A stretch of 64,000 nucleotides of DNA from Blastocladiella emersonii ATCC 22665 (taxonomy: Eukaryota > Fungi > Blastocladiomycota), in NCBI GenBank assembly GCA_025594325.1, contig JANHCV010000014.1, positions 372,001 through 436,000 on the forward strand. Direction: 5' to 3'. Shown here piece after piece: positions 1-10,329 of this stretch; position 1 is the stretch's first letter, and every line of letters begins with the position of its first letter. The notes under the pieces were generated by a model. It was not told the DNA's origin. It saw only the letters and a program-made list of their open reading frames with translations, and ran no database searches. A program made the position numbers and the translations under genes.

Positions 1-1610
1 CGCGCTCGTGGCCGACACCGCTGCGGCGACGAAAAATCTCGTCTTCACCGTGACCGACCACGCGCTCAACAACCTGCAGTTCGTGGTCGCTCGCCTTCTC
101 GTCGCATCCGAGTCCGCCAGCATCATTCTACCCGTACTGCGGTACATCAACTACGAGCTCAAGAAAGCTGGTATCTCGGTGGCCGCCCAAGCGTACGTTC
201 TCCTCGTCCCACATCAGCGGCGCTTGCTGACAGGGAGTTTGCTTGTATAGGAGCGACGGCTCGAACGCCAACTGCCTCATGGGTCGCGGACCTGGCGCGG
301 CGTGCTACCCGCAGATGGTTCGTGACGCGCAAGCGCAGTGGAAGAACATGGAGGAAGATGCGCTGCGCGAGTGGTTCAACTGCAACGTCGATTCGGCCAT
401 GTCGCTGCTCAACAACTCGAGCGACGTCAAGGCCAAGTGGAATGAGCACTACTTCACGACCTGGAAGAAGGACGTGCACATCAAGGCCATCATCGAGGTC
501 CGCGACAAGCTGAGACGGAGCCCTTCCGCGACGGTCACACAGGCGGCGTTCACGAGCGTGCAGACGGTGCTGTGGATCGACGCGCGCCTGAAGCTCAACC
601 CCAAGCACGACGTACGGCGAGTACCATGGGTTCCTGTGATTCGAGTCGGGCTCGACGGTCAGCTGCACGAGATCGTGACGGTGCACGACCGCGACCACGC
701 GTTCAAGCGCGCCGCGATCCACTTCAGCGAGAGCTCCATTGAGGGCAAGACGGACCACACGCTGATCGACAAGATCATCAAGCTGTTCCCCGAGGTGCTC
801 GGCCCAAAGTGGAAGAAACGCGATCGACAAAACGTTCCCGAGGCGCTACGGCTGTTCTCAATGGAGTGCATCGACAAGGTGCGCGAGGCGGCCGGACCCA
901 ACAACGAAAAAGGTACTGGACTCTGCATCATCCTCAACACCTGCCGGAAGCTCCAGGACGCGATGAACAGCTCCGACCTCGACATTGAGCAGCGGCACCA
1001 GCTCGTCAACGAGGCCGGCAGCATCTTCTACCTCGCGTTCCTCGAGAAGTGGTGTTTGGCCGACGGCGGGTCGCCGACCAAGTACGTGTCCGGCATCCCC
1101 GCCTGCACCATCACGGCCCTGTTCAGCATCATCGGCGCGTTCAAGGCCTTTGACGAGCGCTACGCTCGCGCCAACCCAGAGCCGAACGCCAAGCCGTGGC
1201 GCCAGCGCTTCCTCACCACCGACATGGTCGAGGCGTACTTCTCGGGCTGCCGCAACGCGTGGGGTCAGGACGGGCGCGCCAAGTCCAACACGCTGCCGCG
1301 CATCGTGATCCTGCTCGCCATGAGCAAGGCCGACCACTCGGCCGAGCAGCTCGCGAAGCCGTTTGACGAGCTCGGCGGGTTCGTCGGGTCCTTGTCGCGG
1401 CACTCGATGATCGGCGGGTACAAGCGCAACACGGGCGTGTGGGGGACGATGCGCGGCGAGGGATGGGCACGCGGCACTCCGATCGCTCCCGCCGCCCCCG
1501 CCGACCGCCCGCGCAAGCGCCCAGCAGACGAAGTCGAGGGCGGCATCGAGTCGAGACCGAGCAACCGCGGCTTCCACCGCAACGGCACTCATGTGGGTCC
1601 CCAGTCGTAG
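1..1610 (+). mobile_element. P-element/THAP9-superfamily-like DDE transposase, 5'-incomplete (runs off window start); predicted intron 193-250
   Basis: Splicing GTACGT(193)...CTGAC...TAG(250) joins ORF 8-250 to ORF 243-1610 in frame, giving ...ATKNLVFTVTDH...QFVVARL...ELKKAGISVAAQASDGSNAN. Further P-like motifs in order: HDRDHAFKR (DxxHxxK), DRQNVPEALRLFS, and RFLTTDMVEAYFSGCR (catalytic-E region). No internal stops. Family call from remembered motifs. Confidence 0.65.
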
Positions 1611-2050
1611 GCACGGTCGGCGAGATCGTGCCGGGCGCAGCTTCGCGCCGCGCGCCGAGTCCAACGGGTCACGGGCCCGCGAGGGAAGTCAGAGATCGGG
1701 CAGTTGCAGCAAGAGAGAACATTTTTGTAATGCATAGTTATCATGTTTATTGCGATCCACGGGCTTGCCGAGGTCGAAGAGGGAGAGAAGAGCGGCCGAG
1801 GCGAGGTGGCGGGTGGCGCAAGCGGAGGACTGAGAGGCGGATTGGAGTGGCAGTCTATGGCACGCGTCGGCTTCCCTGTGTCGATCATCGCTTCCACAGC
1901 GCGCGCGGTTGTCGCCCCCCTGAGCGCGGCGTCCCGATGGTTTCCGACGCGACGGTCACGCGCTGGGGTCGCGCGCTTTCACGCCGCGGCCGGTCCGGAG
2001 AAAATTTTCCAGTCGTCGGATTTTTTCGCTCGCTGCGCAACCTCTCCAAC

Positions 2051-2188
2051 GAATGCATCCGACTCGGCGCACTTCGAGTTTGCCAACCTGCCGGCCGAGC
2101 CGCTCGCCGCCGTCTTGCACTTTGCCAATCCGCGCTCTCTTGTTCCCGCGACGACGCGCGCCTTTTTGGAGGTCATGGCCCTCAAGTC
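2051..2188 (+). pseudogene. Family-A (F-box-like N-terminus) copy 1, 5' fragment; start codon lost, interrupted by LTR element
   Basis: Near-identical to the reverse complement of the copy at 19164-19433 (NASDSAHFEFANLPAEPLAAVLHFANPRSLVPATTRAF). Ends at the AAGTC target-site duplication. Confidence 0.85.
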
Positions 2189-2404
2189 TGTTGCGTATCG
2201 TTCATGTGGCCACGACTGCGGTGATCAATCATCTGATCTCGCGTGAGCCGCCCGCAATCCCTCGCTCCCGCGCCGCTGCACCCCGCTGCGGCGCGCCCTG
2301 CTTTGTTATCCATTCTCCCCTCTCCCCGTCTTGGGTTCGGGGCCGAAGGCAGGAATAGACATCCCTGACTACTTGTCTCCTGCCTCCTTCCGTTGGCATC
2401 AACA
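2189..2404 (+). repeat. 5' LTR
   Basis: TGTTG...CAACA; 4 substitutions versus the 3' LTR by manual alignment. Confidence 0.97.
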
Positions 2405-2426
2405 TTTTTTTCAAGTAGTTTTCCGC

Positions 2427-3831
2427 ATGGCCTCGAACCCCACCTTCACCATCTTGCCGGCGCTCTGCAGCGACATCTCCGCGCTCCCCAGCACCTGCAG
2501 CACCGCGGCCAAGGACCCCCAGGCCATGCCCACCGCACGCGCGCGCGCCGCCGAGCTGCGCCAGCTACTCGGTGAGCAATTCGCTGCCTGCTTGGCCGCC
2601 ATCGACGCCGCCGCGCAACCCGCGCTGTCCCAGGGCAATGGCACGTCGGCCACCCACCCGCCCAAGCTGCAGGCCCAGGCCGCCAAGGCGCTGGACGCGC
2701 TCATCGCCGCGCACTTGCGCTACAACAACATCATCAACCTCGCCGTTGACATGCTGCCCGCTGAGGCGCCCCCGGCCGCGCCAGCCGCCACCTCGCCAGC
2801 TGCTCCCGCCGCATCAACCACCAGCGTCGACGAGCAGCTGCGCACCAACATCGAGAGCACCCACATCAACTACCGCCACCCAACCCGCGGCAACTGCTGA
2901 GACCCAGCCACCTTCCTCTGCAACCTCCGCGACCTCTACCCGCTGCACAACCTGTACAAGCTGCTCAACGCCGCCACCACCACCGTCGGCCACAACGCCC
3001 AGGTCGTGTACAAGTCGATGGTCCGCGAGGGCGCCGGTCTCGAGGAGCACCAGCTGATTGCCCACTTCTTTGACCACATGAGCACGCTGCCATTGTCCGC
3101 TACCTCGACCTCTCGTTCCCCGCCACTCTGGGCCTCACCCTCGAGCGCCACCGCGTTGTGTTTGTCCGGCGTCTCCACGAGGGGGGTTGCCTGGATCCCA
3201 CTGGCCACCTGCCTCCCGCGCTCCTCTCCTCGTTCCTCAACTTGGTCAAGGGCATCAAGGACGACGTCTACAACGCCCTCTGCCACACGCTCGGCACCGC
3301 CACCTCCAAGCGCACCCCGCTCACGCTTGTCGACCTCATTGGCCCCCACGGCTACGTCCAGATCGCCTCGCGCAGCAAGGCGCCTGCTGGCAACGCTGGC
3401 GACGCTTCGTCCGCCGTGCCGGCTGCGTGCACCAAGTCAGGTGACAAGGACAAGGACAAGTACAAGAACAACAACAACTACAACAACAACAACAACAACT
3501 ACAACAACTACAACAACAAGAACAACAACTACAACAACCACCGCGGCGGCGGCGCCCACAACAAGAACGGCCACTATGACAAGGGCAAGGCCGCTGTGAT
3601 GACTGCGCGTCCCGCAACGCCCCGCGCGCGCTTCTCGCCGTGCCCGACGACTGCCACGATTGTGATTGTGGCGGCAGCGACGAGCGTCAGCGCTCGCGTT
3701 CCCGGTCCCGCTCGCGTCCCCGGTCCCGCTCGCGCTCCCGCTCCGCTGTGCGCAAGCGCGCCCCGCGCAACTACCACGCGGCCGTGGCGCCCGTCTGGCC
3801 CGCGGGTCTCAAGACCAAGTTTGGCGGATGA
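2427..3831 (+). pseudogene. gag: gag-like region (in-frame TGA at 2898-2900, later frameshifts, poly-Asn tract)
   Basis: ATG 22 nt after the 5' LTR. The frame continues past TGA into ORF 3006, then shifts to the 3158 frame (Asn-rich) and a Cys/His plus SR-rich tail in the 3640 frame. Call is by position; no strong motif. Confidence 0.6.
3467..3538 (+). repeat. (AAC/TAC)n microsatellite encoding poly-Asn in gag
   Basis: Directly visible: aacaacaacaactacaacaac... Confidence 0.95.
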
Positions 3832-4250
3832 CCTCGAGCGCTCCCGCTCCAAGTTCGTCTCCTCGCCTGCCCGCGCGGTCGACGGCATTCCCCGCTCCCA
3901 GCCTCTGCTCGCCCACCACCTCCGTGTCCTCGCCCTCCTGCCGGCGTCCGCCACCAGCCTGTTCGCGCACCTGCTCGACAAGTTCTACCACATCATTGTC
4001 GGCTCCCGCCTCGGCCCCACCTTGGCCCGTGCCGCCACCGTCACCCACGACGATCCCCTTCGCGGCCGCCTCGGTCCCGTCGCGCATTTCGCCGCCCCCG
4101 CCCGCTCTGGTGCGCGCCGTGAGCATGACGGCGCCGGTGCGGTCGACCCCAACTGGCTGGGCACGCCCGCATTTTCGTGACCTGGGCACGCGCGTCCATC
4201 CGCAACCTGTACGTGGCGCTTGTCGCTCACAATAATAATATCTCTGACCT

Positions 4251-4568
4251 CATCATTCCGGCTCTATCCAGCCCGATGTCGTCTTCGCGCGCTCGTTTGG
4301 CTGCAGCGAACCGCACGCCCGTTCGCAGCGAGCCTTCTCGGTGCTACCCAGCGTTCCTGACTGTGCGTGCAGACCTGTTCCTCGACAACATCATTCCGGC
4401 TCTATCCAGCCCGATGTCGTCTTCGCGCGCTCGTTCAGCTGCGGCGAACCGCACGCCCGTTTGCAGCGAGCCTTCTCGGTGCTACCCAGCGTTCCTGACT
4501 GTGCGTGCAGACCTGTTCCTTGACAACATCATTCCGGCTCTATCCAGCCCAATGTCGTCTTCGCGCGG
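4251..4568 (+). repeat. 138-bp tandem repeat, about 2.3 units, inside the LTR element
   Basis: CATCATTCCGGCTCTATCCAGCCC recurs at 4251, 4389 and 4527. Confidence 0.95.
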
Positions 4569-5440
4569 CCCGTTTGGCATCAAGACCCTCTTGGCGCAGT
4601 TCCAGGCCGTCATGTCCAACATCTTCCACAACATGCCGTTTGTGCGCGTCTTCATCGACAATCTCGTCATCTTCTCGGCCTTGATCGAGGAGCACACGCA
4701 GCACCTCGTCCTCGTCGTCTACCGTCTCACGCGGTGGAACCTCCGCCTCAACCCCGCCAAGTGCTTCTTCTACTACGCACGCGTGCACCTGCTCGGCCAC
4801 GTCGTCTCGATCCGCGACTGGCCGCGTCCAACGTCCGGCAACCAGGTCCAGAAGTTCCTCGGCCTCGTCAACTACCTGCGCGCCTACATCCCGCTCGCCG
4901 CGGTCCTCATGCACCCGCTTGACGCGCTGCGCAACCTCAAGCGCATCGACCTCGACATCTGCAACGTGTGGACCGATGAGTGCGAGCAGGCGTTCCTCGC
5001 TGTAAAGGCCGCTGTCGCCGCCGCCCCGTGTCTCACGCCGCCCGATTTCGCCAAGCCGTTCTTTGTCGCTACTGACGCCTCGAACGTCGGTCTCGGCGCC
5101 GTCCTGTTCCAGGGTAGCCGCAAGTCCCCACGCTACATCTCGTTTGCCTCTCGCTCTCTGCAGCCCGCCAAGCAGAACTACTTGGCCACCAAGCGCAAGC
5201 TCCTTGGCATCGTCTTCGCGCTCACTCGCTTCTTCTACTACCTCCACGGCCGCCGTTTCGCGTTGTTCACAGTCCACGCGGCGCTCACCCACATGTTCAC
5301 GCAGAAGCGCCTGTCGCCCATCCCCGGAAACTGGCTCAACATGCTGCTCTCCCTCTCGTTCTCGGTCACGCGCCTCCCTGGCGTCCTGAACGTGCTGCCC
5401 GACATCCTGTCGCGCCTGTATAATACCGACGCCCGTGCCC
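4565..5440 (+). pseudogene. pol: Reverse transcriptase C-terminal half plus RNase H, inactivated
   Basis: PFGIK...FQAVM...VFIDNLVIFS (YxDD motif reads FIDN), LRLNPAKC, FLGLVNY; RNase H motifs TDASNVGLGAVL, ASRSL, QNY.ATKRKLL. N-terminal RT motifs not found. Confidence 0.9.
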
Positions 5441-5541
5441 GTCTTGTCGCCATCAACCGCGCTGGCCGGCGTCCTATATTGCGTTCCCCCCGTGGGCGCC
5501 TGCTGGTGGGGGGGGGGTCCCTCCGGATCCTCTCCCGCGCT

Positions 5542-5913
5542 GTCTCTCCCCGAGTGTGCCCTTGGCGACAGCAAGCTCGAGCAGCTCGTGACGCATGATC
5601 TCTCCCTTGCGGAGAATCGTGCTCGACACTTCTTCCTCGCGCCAGCCTCGCTCCCGCCCGCGGAGCGGGCCCGCGCTTTTGCTGCCGCACCCACCCATGG
5701 GGGCAGCTCTTCTTCAACACCCGCGCCGTCTCTCCCCGAGTGTGCCCTTGGCGACGGCGAGCTCGAGCAGCTCATGACGCACAATCTCTCCCTCGCGGAA
5801 AATCGTGCTCAACACTTCTTCCTCGCGCCGGCCTCGCTCCCGCCCGCGGAGCGGGCCCACGCTTTCGCTGCCGCACCCACCCATGGGGGCAGCTCTTCTT
5901 CAACACCCGCGCC
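5542..5913 (+). repeat. 186-bp tandem duplication (2 units) between RNase H and integrase
   Basis: GTCTCTCCCCGAGTGTGCCCTTGGCGAC at 5542 and 5728; translates as a repeated SLPECALGD...APTHGGSSSSTPAP. Confidence 0.93.
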
Positions 5914-5989
5914 TGCCGTGCACGCCCGCGTCGTCGCCGCCGCACCCGCCCCCGTGGGTAGCGCGCCGCGGCCCGAGTTCTCGCCCATT

Positions 5990-7585
5990 GGCACCATCCC
6001 GCCCACGCAGCGCCTTGACACGGCGCCCGTTCCGCATGACCAGCGCGACCAGATCATCCGCGACGTGCACGACGTGGGCCACTCGGGTCCCGCGGCCACA
6101 CAGCAGCAGCTCGTCGTCCTCGGCCACGAATGGTCCGGCATGCTCGCCGACTGCCAGCGCGTCATTGCCGGTTGCATCCCGTGCGCGCGGTTCTCGGCCA
6201 CGCGGCAGGGTTTCCACCCAATGCGCTCAATTGAGGCGCTGCTGCTGCTCAACCACCTGTCCATGGACTGCATGCAGCTGCCCATCTCGCCCGACGGATA
6301 CACGCACGTGCTCGTGATCATCGACATCTGCACCCGGTTCGCGTGGCTCCACCCAATCCGCTCCGCGTCTGCCAGCGAGGTCGCCACCTGCTTCCTGGCC
6401 ACGTGCTTCCAGTTTGGCTTCCCGCGCATCATCCAGTCTGACAACGGCCCCAAGTTCGCCAACCAGATCATCGCCTCGCTCGCCGACATGGCCGGCATCG
6501 ACCGCCGCCTCGTGTCGCCGTACCACCTGCAGGCCAACGGCGCCTTGGAGCGTCTCGTTCGCTCGGTCAAGGAGATGCTGCTCCCCTCGCTCAACGGGCA
6601 GCTCGACCGCTGGCCCGCCATGGTCCCGGCCATCCGTTACGCCTACAACATGCGCGCGCACGCGCGCCACGGCTCGACGCCCTTCTCGCTCATGTTCGCG
6701 CGTCCCGCCAACGCGCTCCGCGACTACTGCGCGCAGCCGCCCCTCCGCGACATGACCGAACAGGAGCAGCTCGCTCGCCTCAGGCTCATGACCAAGTCCA
6801 TCTACCCCGCCATTGCGCAGCGCACCGCCGACCGCAACGCCGTTGTGCAGGCGCGCGCCGATCAGCACCGCAAGATCATTGCCACCGACTTCCCCGCGGG
6901 CGCCATCGTCATGCGCATGACCACCGACCGCGCCTCCCGCCTCGACCCACGCTACGAGGGCCCGTACACGGTGGTCCGCCGCAACCGTGGCGGCGCGTAC
7001 GTGGTCCGCCGCAACCGTGGCGGCGCGTACGTGCTCCGCGACGCCACTGGCGCACTCGTCGAGAAAATCCCCGCGCACCACCTGCGCCTCATCGAGCCCG
7101 AGTCGGCGCCTTTGGGCGAATCGGACACCGTGCGCGACATCCTCCGTCATCGCGACGGCGCGAACAGCGAGCGCGAGTACCTGGTCCGCTGGTCCGATCG
7201 CTCCGCCAAGAACTCGTGGATCCCCGCCAGCGGCTTCGACACCGCCGGCGCCATCAACGACTACCACAAGAAGATCTCGGCCGACACCTGGCTCGAGCGC
7301 CAGCGTTCGCTGCAGCGTCTCGCCTCCAAGGTCGCCGCGTCTTCCCCTGCGCCCGCTCCACGCCAAGATCCTGCTCCTCGCCAAGTCTCGGCCGACAAGT
7401 CGCAGTTCTCGGTCACGCAGTCCTCAGCCGCCTCATCGCCCGCCCGCGCCAACCCGAAGCGCGCGCGCTCACCCTCGCCCGACCCGCCGTCGTCCATCAC
7501 GCGCAGCCGGTCCGGTCGCCAGCTCAAGAACGCGGTGTACCAAGGGTTCGTCAAGTCGCTCAGGTCACGGTCTGGGGGGAGGTGA
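5990..7585 (+). pseudogene. pol: Integrase (HHCC, DDE) with C-terminal chromodomain; 30-bp internal duplication (VVRRNRGGAY x2)
   Basis: VHDVGH...CIPC, LSMD, IIQSDNGPKF, YHLQANGALER, GPY, and chromodomain ILRHR...REYLVRW...NSWIP. Confidence 0.92.
7574..7585 (+). other. Polypurine tract
   Basis: GGGGGGAGGTGA immediately before the 3' LTR. Confidence 0.85.
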
Positions 7586-7801
7586 TGTTGCGTGTCGTTC
7601 ATGTGGCCACGACCGCGGTGATCAATCATCTGATCTCGCGTGAGCCGCCCGCAATCCCTCGCTCCCGCGCCGCCGCACCCCGCTGCGGCGCGCCCTGCTT
7701 TGTTATCCATTCTCCCCTCTCCCCGTCTTGGGTTCGGGGCCGAAGGCAGGAATAGACATCCCTGACTACTTGTCTCCTGCCTCCTTCCGTCGGCATCAAC
7801 A
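7586..7801 (+). repeat. 3' LTR
   Basis: Matches the 5' LTR; followed by AAGTC. Confidence 0.97.
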
Positions 7802-8527
7802 AAGTCCTCGAAGCGCGACTGGCTCGACTCGCTCCTCGCCCACCGCGTGCCCGTCGCGTGGAAGGAGCGCTACGTGGCCGACCGCGGGTTCCCCGGCGAC
7901 ATTGGCGCGCTTCTCGAGTACGCTAAGGGTGAAATGGTCGGACCGGACAGAATGCGCCGTCCTGGCTTCAAATACTTTGACTCCAATGACAAGCGCGCCA
8001 TGACCTCGCTCTTACCCGTTCTTGCTGACTATCTCATTGACCTTGCGCAGCCCAGCTATGGCGCTGGTCGCAATCTCGCTCGCATCGCCAAGGCTCTCGC
8101 GCAGCGCATTGACGGCGGCTTGAAGAAGAAACCCACGCGCAGTGTCCGCGCCCACGCCGAGCCGCTTCTTGGTCTCATGCAGCTGATTGGCAACTCGCTT
8201 GGGTCGCCCGCCCTGCAACTCGCCAAGGTTCGGCTCCCGCGCATCTTCCACGTCACGCTCGAGATTGGGCAGTGGGCCGCGCTCGTCGACATGGTCGTTC
8301 GTTACAACCGTGTGCGCGACCACTGGCTCAGGTGGAAGATCCGCTTTGGCGCGTTCCTTGGCATGCACGGCGAGCTCGAGTGGAAGCAGCCGCCCCTTGA
8401 CGAGCTCGGCGACCCGCACCTCGACTTTGACAAGGAGTGGGCGTCCACGTGCCTGGTCCACCGCGGATTCGTGCGCATGCTCCTTCGCGACATGGAGATT
8501 AACGACGACAACTTGGGCGACCCGTAG
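7802..8527 (+). pseudogene. Family-A copy 1, 3' portion
   Basis: Resumes in register after the target-site duplication (KS.KRDWLDSLLAHRVPVAWKERY...FLGMHGELEWK...); homologous to 19998-20951. Confidence 0.88.
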
Positions 8528-8594
8528 CGCTCGCGTTTCGCTCGTTTGCGTTGCACGTCGCAGCGCAAGAGTATTCGTTCGATTGTTGATTCGA

Positions 8595-8618
8595 ATATAT
8601 ATATATATATATATATAT
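8595..8618. repeat. (AT)12 microsatellite
   Basis: Directly visible. Confidence 0.95.
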
Positions 8619-8837
8619 CGAGCTTTTCTGGCTCACACAGCCTCTCAGCGAACGTGAGGTGCGTCGTCGCGAGGTAGTGCAGTAGGCACACGGTTCGGGT
8701 TTGGGTCCGAGTCGCACCCTCATCCCGCGCGCGTTGTATTATGACGCGCGGCGGTGTTCAAAGAAACACTGTGATGTGCCCGTGAATTTTAGCGTGCAAG
8801 TGCATTCATTGGGTCGGGCCGCCGCTTGGCGAGAGCT

Positions 8838-8875
8838 GCGAGACGCGTCGCGAAAACAGGTGATCGGACACGTGT
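8838..8875 (+). promoter_or_regulatory. Conserved 38-bp upstream element of family A (copy 2)
   Basis: GCGAGACGCGTCGCGAAAACAGGTGATCGGACACGTGT; near-identical upstream of copies 3 and 4. Regulatory role is inferred. Confidence 0.55.
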
Positions 8876-8993
8876 CGGACTCGCACCGCTCTCGACTCAC
8901 CGTTCGTCGCGCGCCCTCGCGCTCGCGCGCGCGCTGACCTTGCTCTCTCCTCATCGTTCACTGACAACCCCACCTGAGACCACGAGCGCAAAC

Positions 8994-9868
8994 ATGGAGC
9001 AAAACTCTCATGCATCGACCCCGGCACACCACAAGTTTGCCGATATGCCAGACGAGCTGTTCGCCGCTATCGTGCACTATGCCAACCCACGCTCGCTTGT
9101 CCCCGCGACGACGCGCGTCTTTGCGGATGCGCTGGCCCGCAAGTCCATAAAGCGCGACTGGCTCGACTCGCTCCTCGCCCACCGCGTGCCCGTCGCGTGG
9201 AAGGAGCGCTACGTGGCCGAACGCGGGCTCCCTGGCGACGTCGGCGCTCTTCTCGAGTACGCTAAGGGTGAAATGGTTGGGCCGGACCAAATGCAGCGCG
9301 CCGGTTTCGATTATTGCGACCCCGACGACGAGCGCGCCATGGCGTCGCTCACCCCGATCCTCGCCGACCACCTTCTGGACCTCGCGCAGCCCGCTTAAGG
9401 CGATGGCCAAGATCTCGCGCGGCTCGCCGCGAAGCTCGCCGACCGCATCGACGATTGTGTGAAAAGACACGCATGCGTACTATTTCTGTCCGTGCTGAGC
9501 CGATCCTTGCCGTGATGCAGTTTATTGGCAACTCGCTTGGATCTCGGACCTTGGACTGTGCCAAGGAGCGGCTCCCCGGCATTTTCCACATTATTCTCAC
9601 GCTCGGGCAGTGGACTGCGCTGGTGAACCTGGCCATCAAGTACAACCGCGCGCGAGACCAGTGGTTGACGTGGAAAGTTCGATCTGGCGTATTCCTTGGC
9701 ATGCACGGCGAGCTCCAGTGGAAGCAGCCGCCCCTTGACGAGCTCCGCGACCCTTACCTCAACCTGGACAGAGACTGGAGCTTCTCAGCCCTGGTATATC
9801 CCAAATACGTCCGCCTGCTCCTGAGCAACAAGCCTGGCACGGACTCGGACTGGGGCGAGGACTCGTGA
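8994..9868 (+). pseudogene. Family-A copy 2 (nonsense TAA at 9396-9398, frameshift near 9460)
   Basis: MEQNSHASTPAHHKFADMPDELFAAIVHY... in the 8826 frame; C-terminal homology lies in the 9314 frame. TAA sits where paralogues have TAT. Confidence 0.85.
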
Positions 9869-10329
9869 TGCTTGAGTGTTACTCCGTGCGTTTTGCGCAT
9901 CACAGCGCAGCAGTTTGTATTTCGGTCAATCATCTGTTGATGAAAATGTAAGGATTGAGATTTTACCCCGTCTATCCCTCTCTGCAACGTCGAGGCAAGA
10001 TTGTGTGCTCACCCAACTGCGGTGCCTGCAGGCAGCGCGAGCCTGCAAACTCGAACTTTCCCCGCGTCGCATTTCAGCTTGATAATGAAGTCTGCAGGCG
10101 ATTCAGAGCAGCATTTACGACTTTGAAGCTGCTCACTTTCAAAATGCGGGCAGGAAGCCCCGGCGGAGGCGCGCGAAGCCCTGAAACGGGATCATGTGAG
10201 TGGCGCAACACGTCCCTTCGCTGTGTGCCGCATCGAGAAAATCCTCACGACAGCCAAAAAAGACGAGGAGAACAACGAATTTAAACTCAAATGTATGCAA
10301 CCAACGACAGACACTCTCCTCGCACAAAT

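Larger units (their letters stand above)
2189..7801 (+). mobile_element. Ty3/Gypsy chromovirus-type LTR retrotransposon, full-length boundaries but coding-defective
   Basis: Two 216-bp LTRs (TG...CA; 2189-2404, 7586-7801), 5-bp target-site duplication AAGTC (2184-2188, 7802-7806), polypurine tract before the 3' LTR, domain order gag-RT-RNaseH-IN-chromodomain. Confidence 0.97.

Noticed and set aside
2898-2900. In-frame TGA in gag as programmed readthrough
   Set aside because: It lies mid-gag rather than at a gag-pol junction and is explained by CGA-to-TGA CpG decay like the other lesions.
4251-4568. Regularly spaced repeats as a possible CRISPR array
   Set aside because: These are whole-unit tandem duplications without unique spacers, inside a eukaryotic retroelement, and no cas genes are present.
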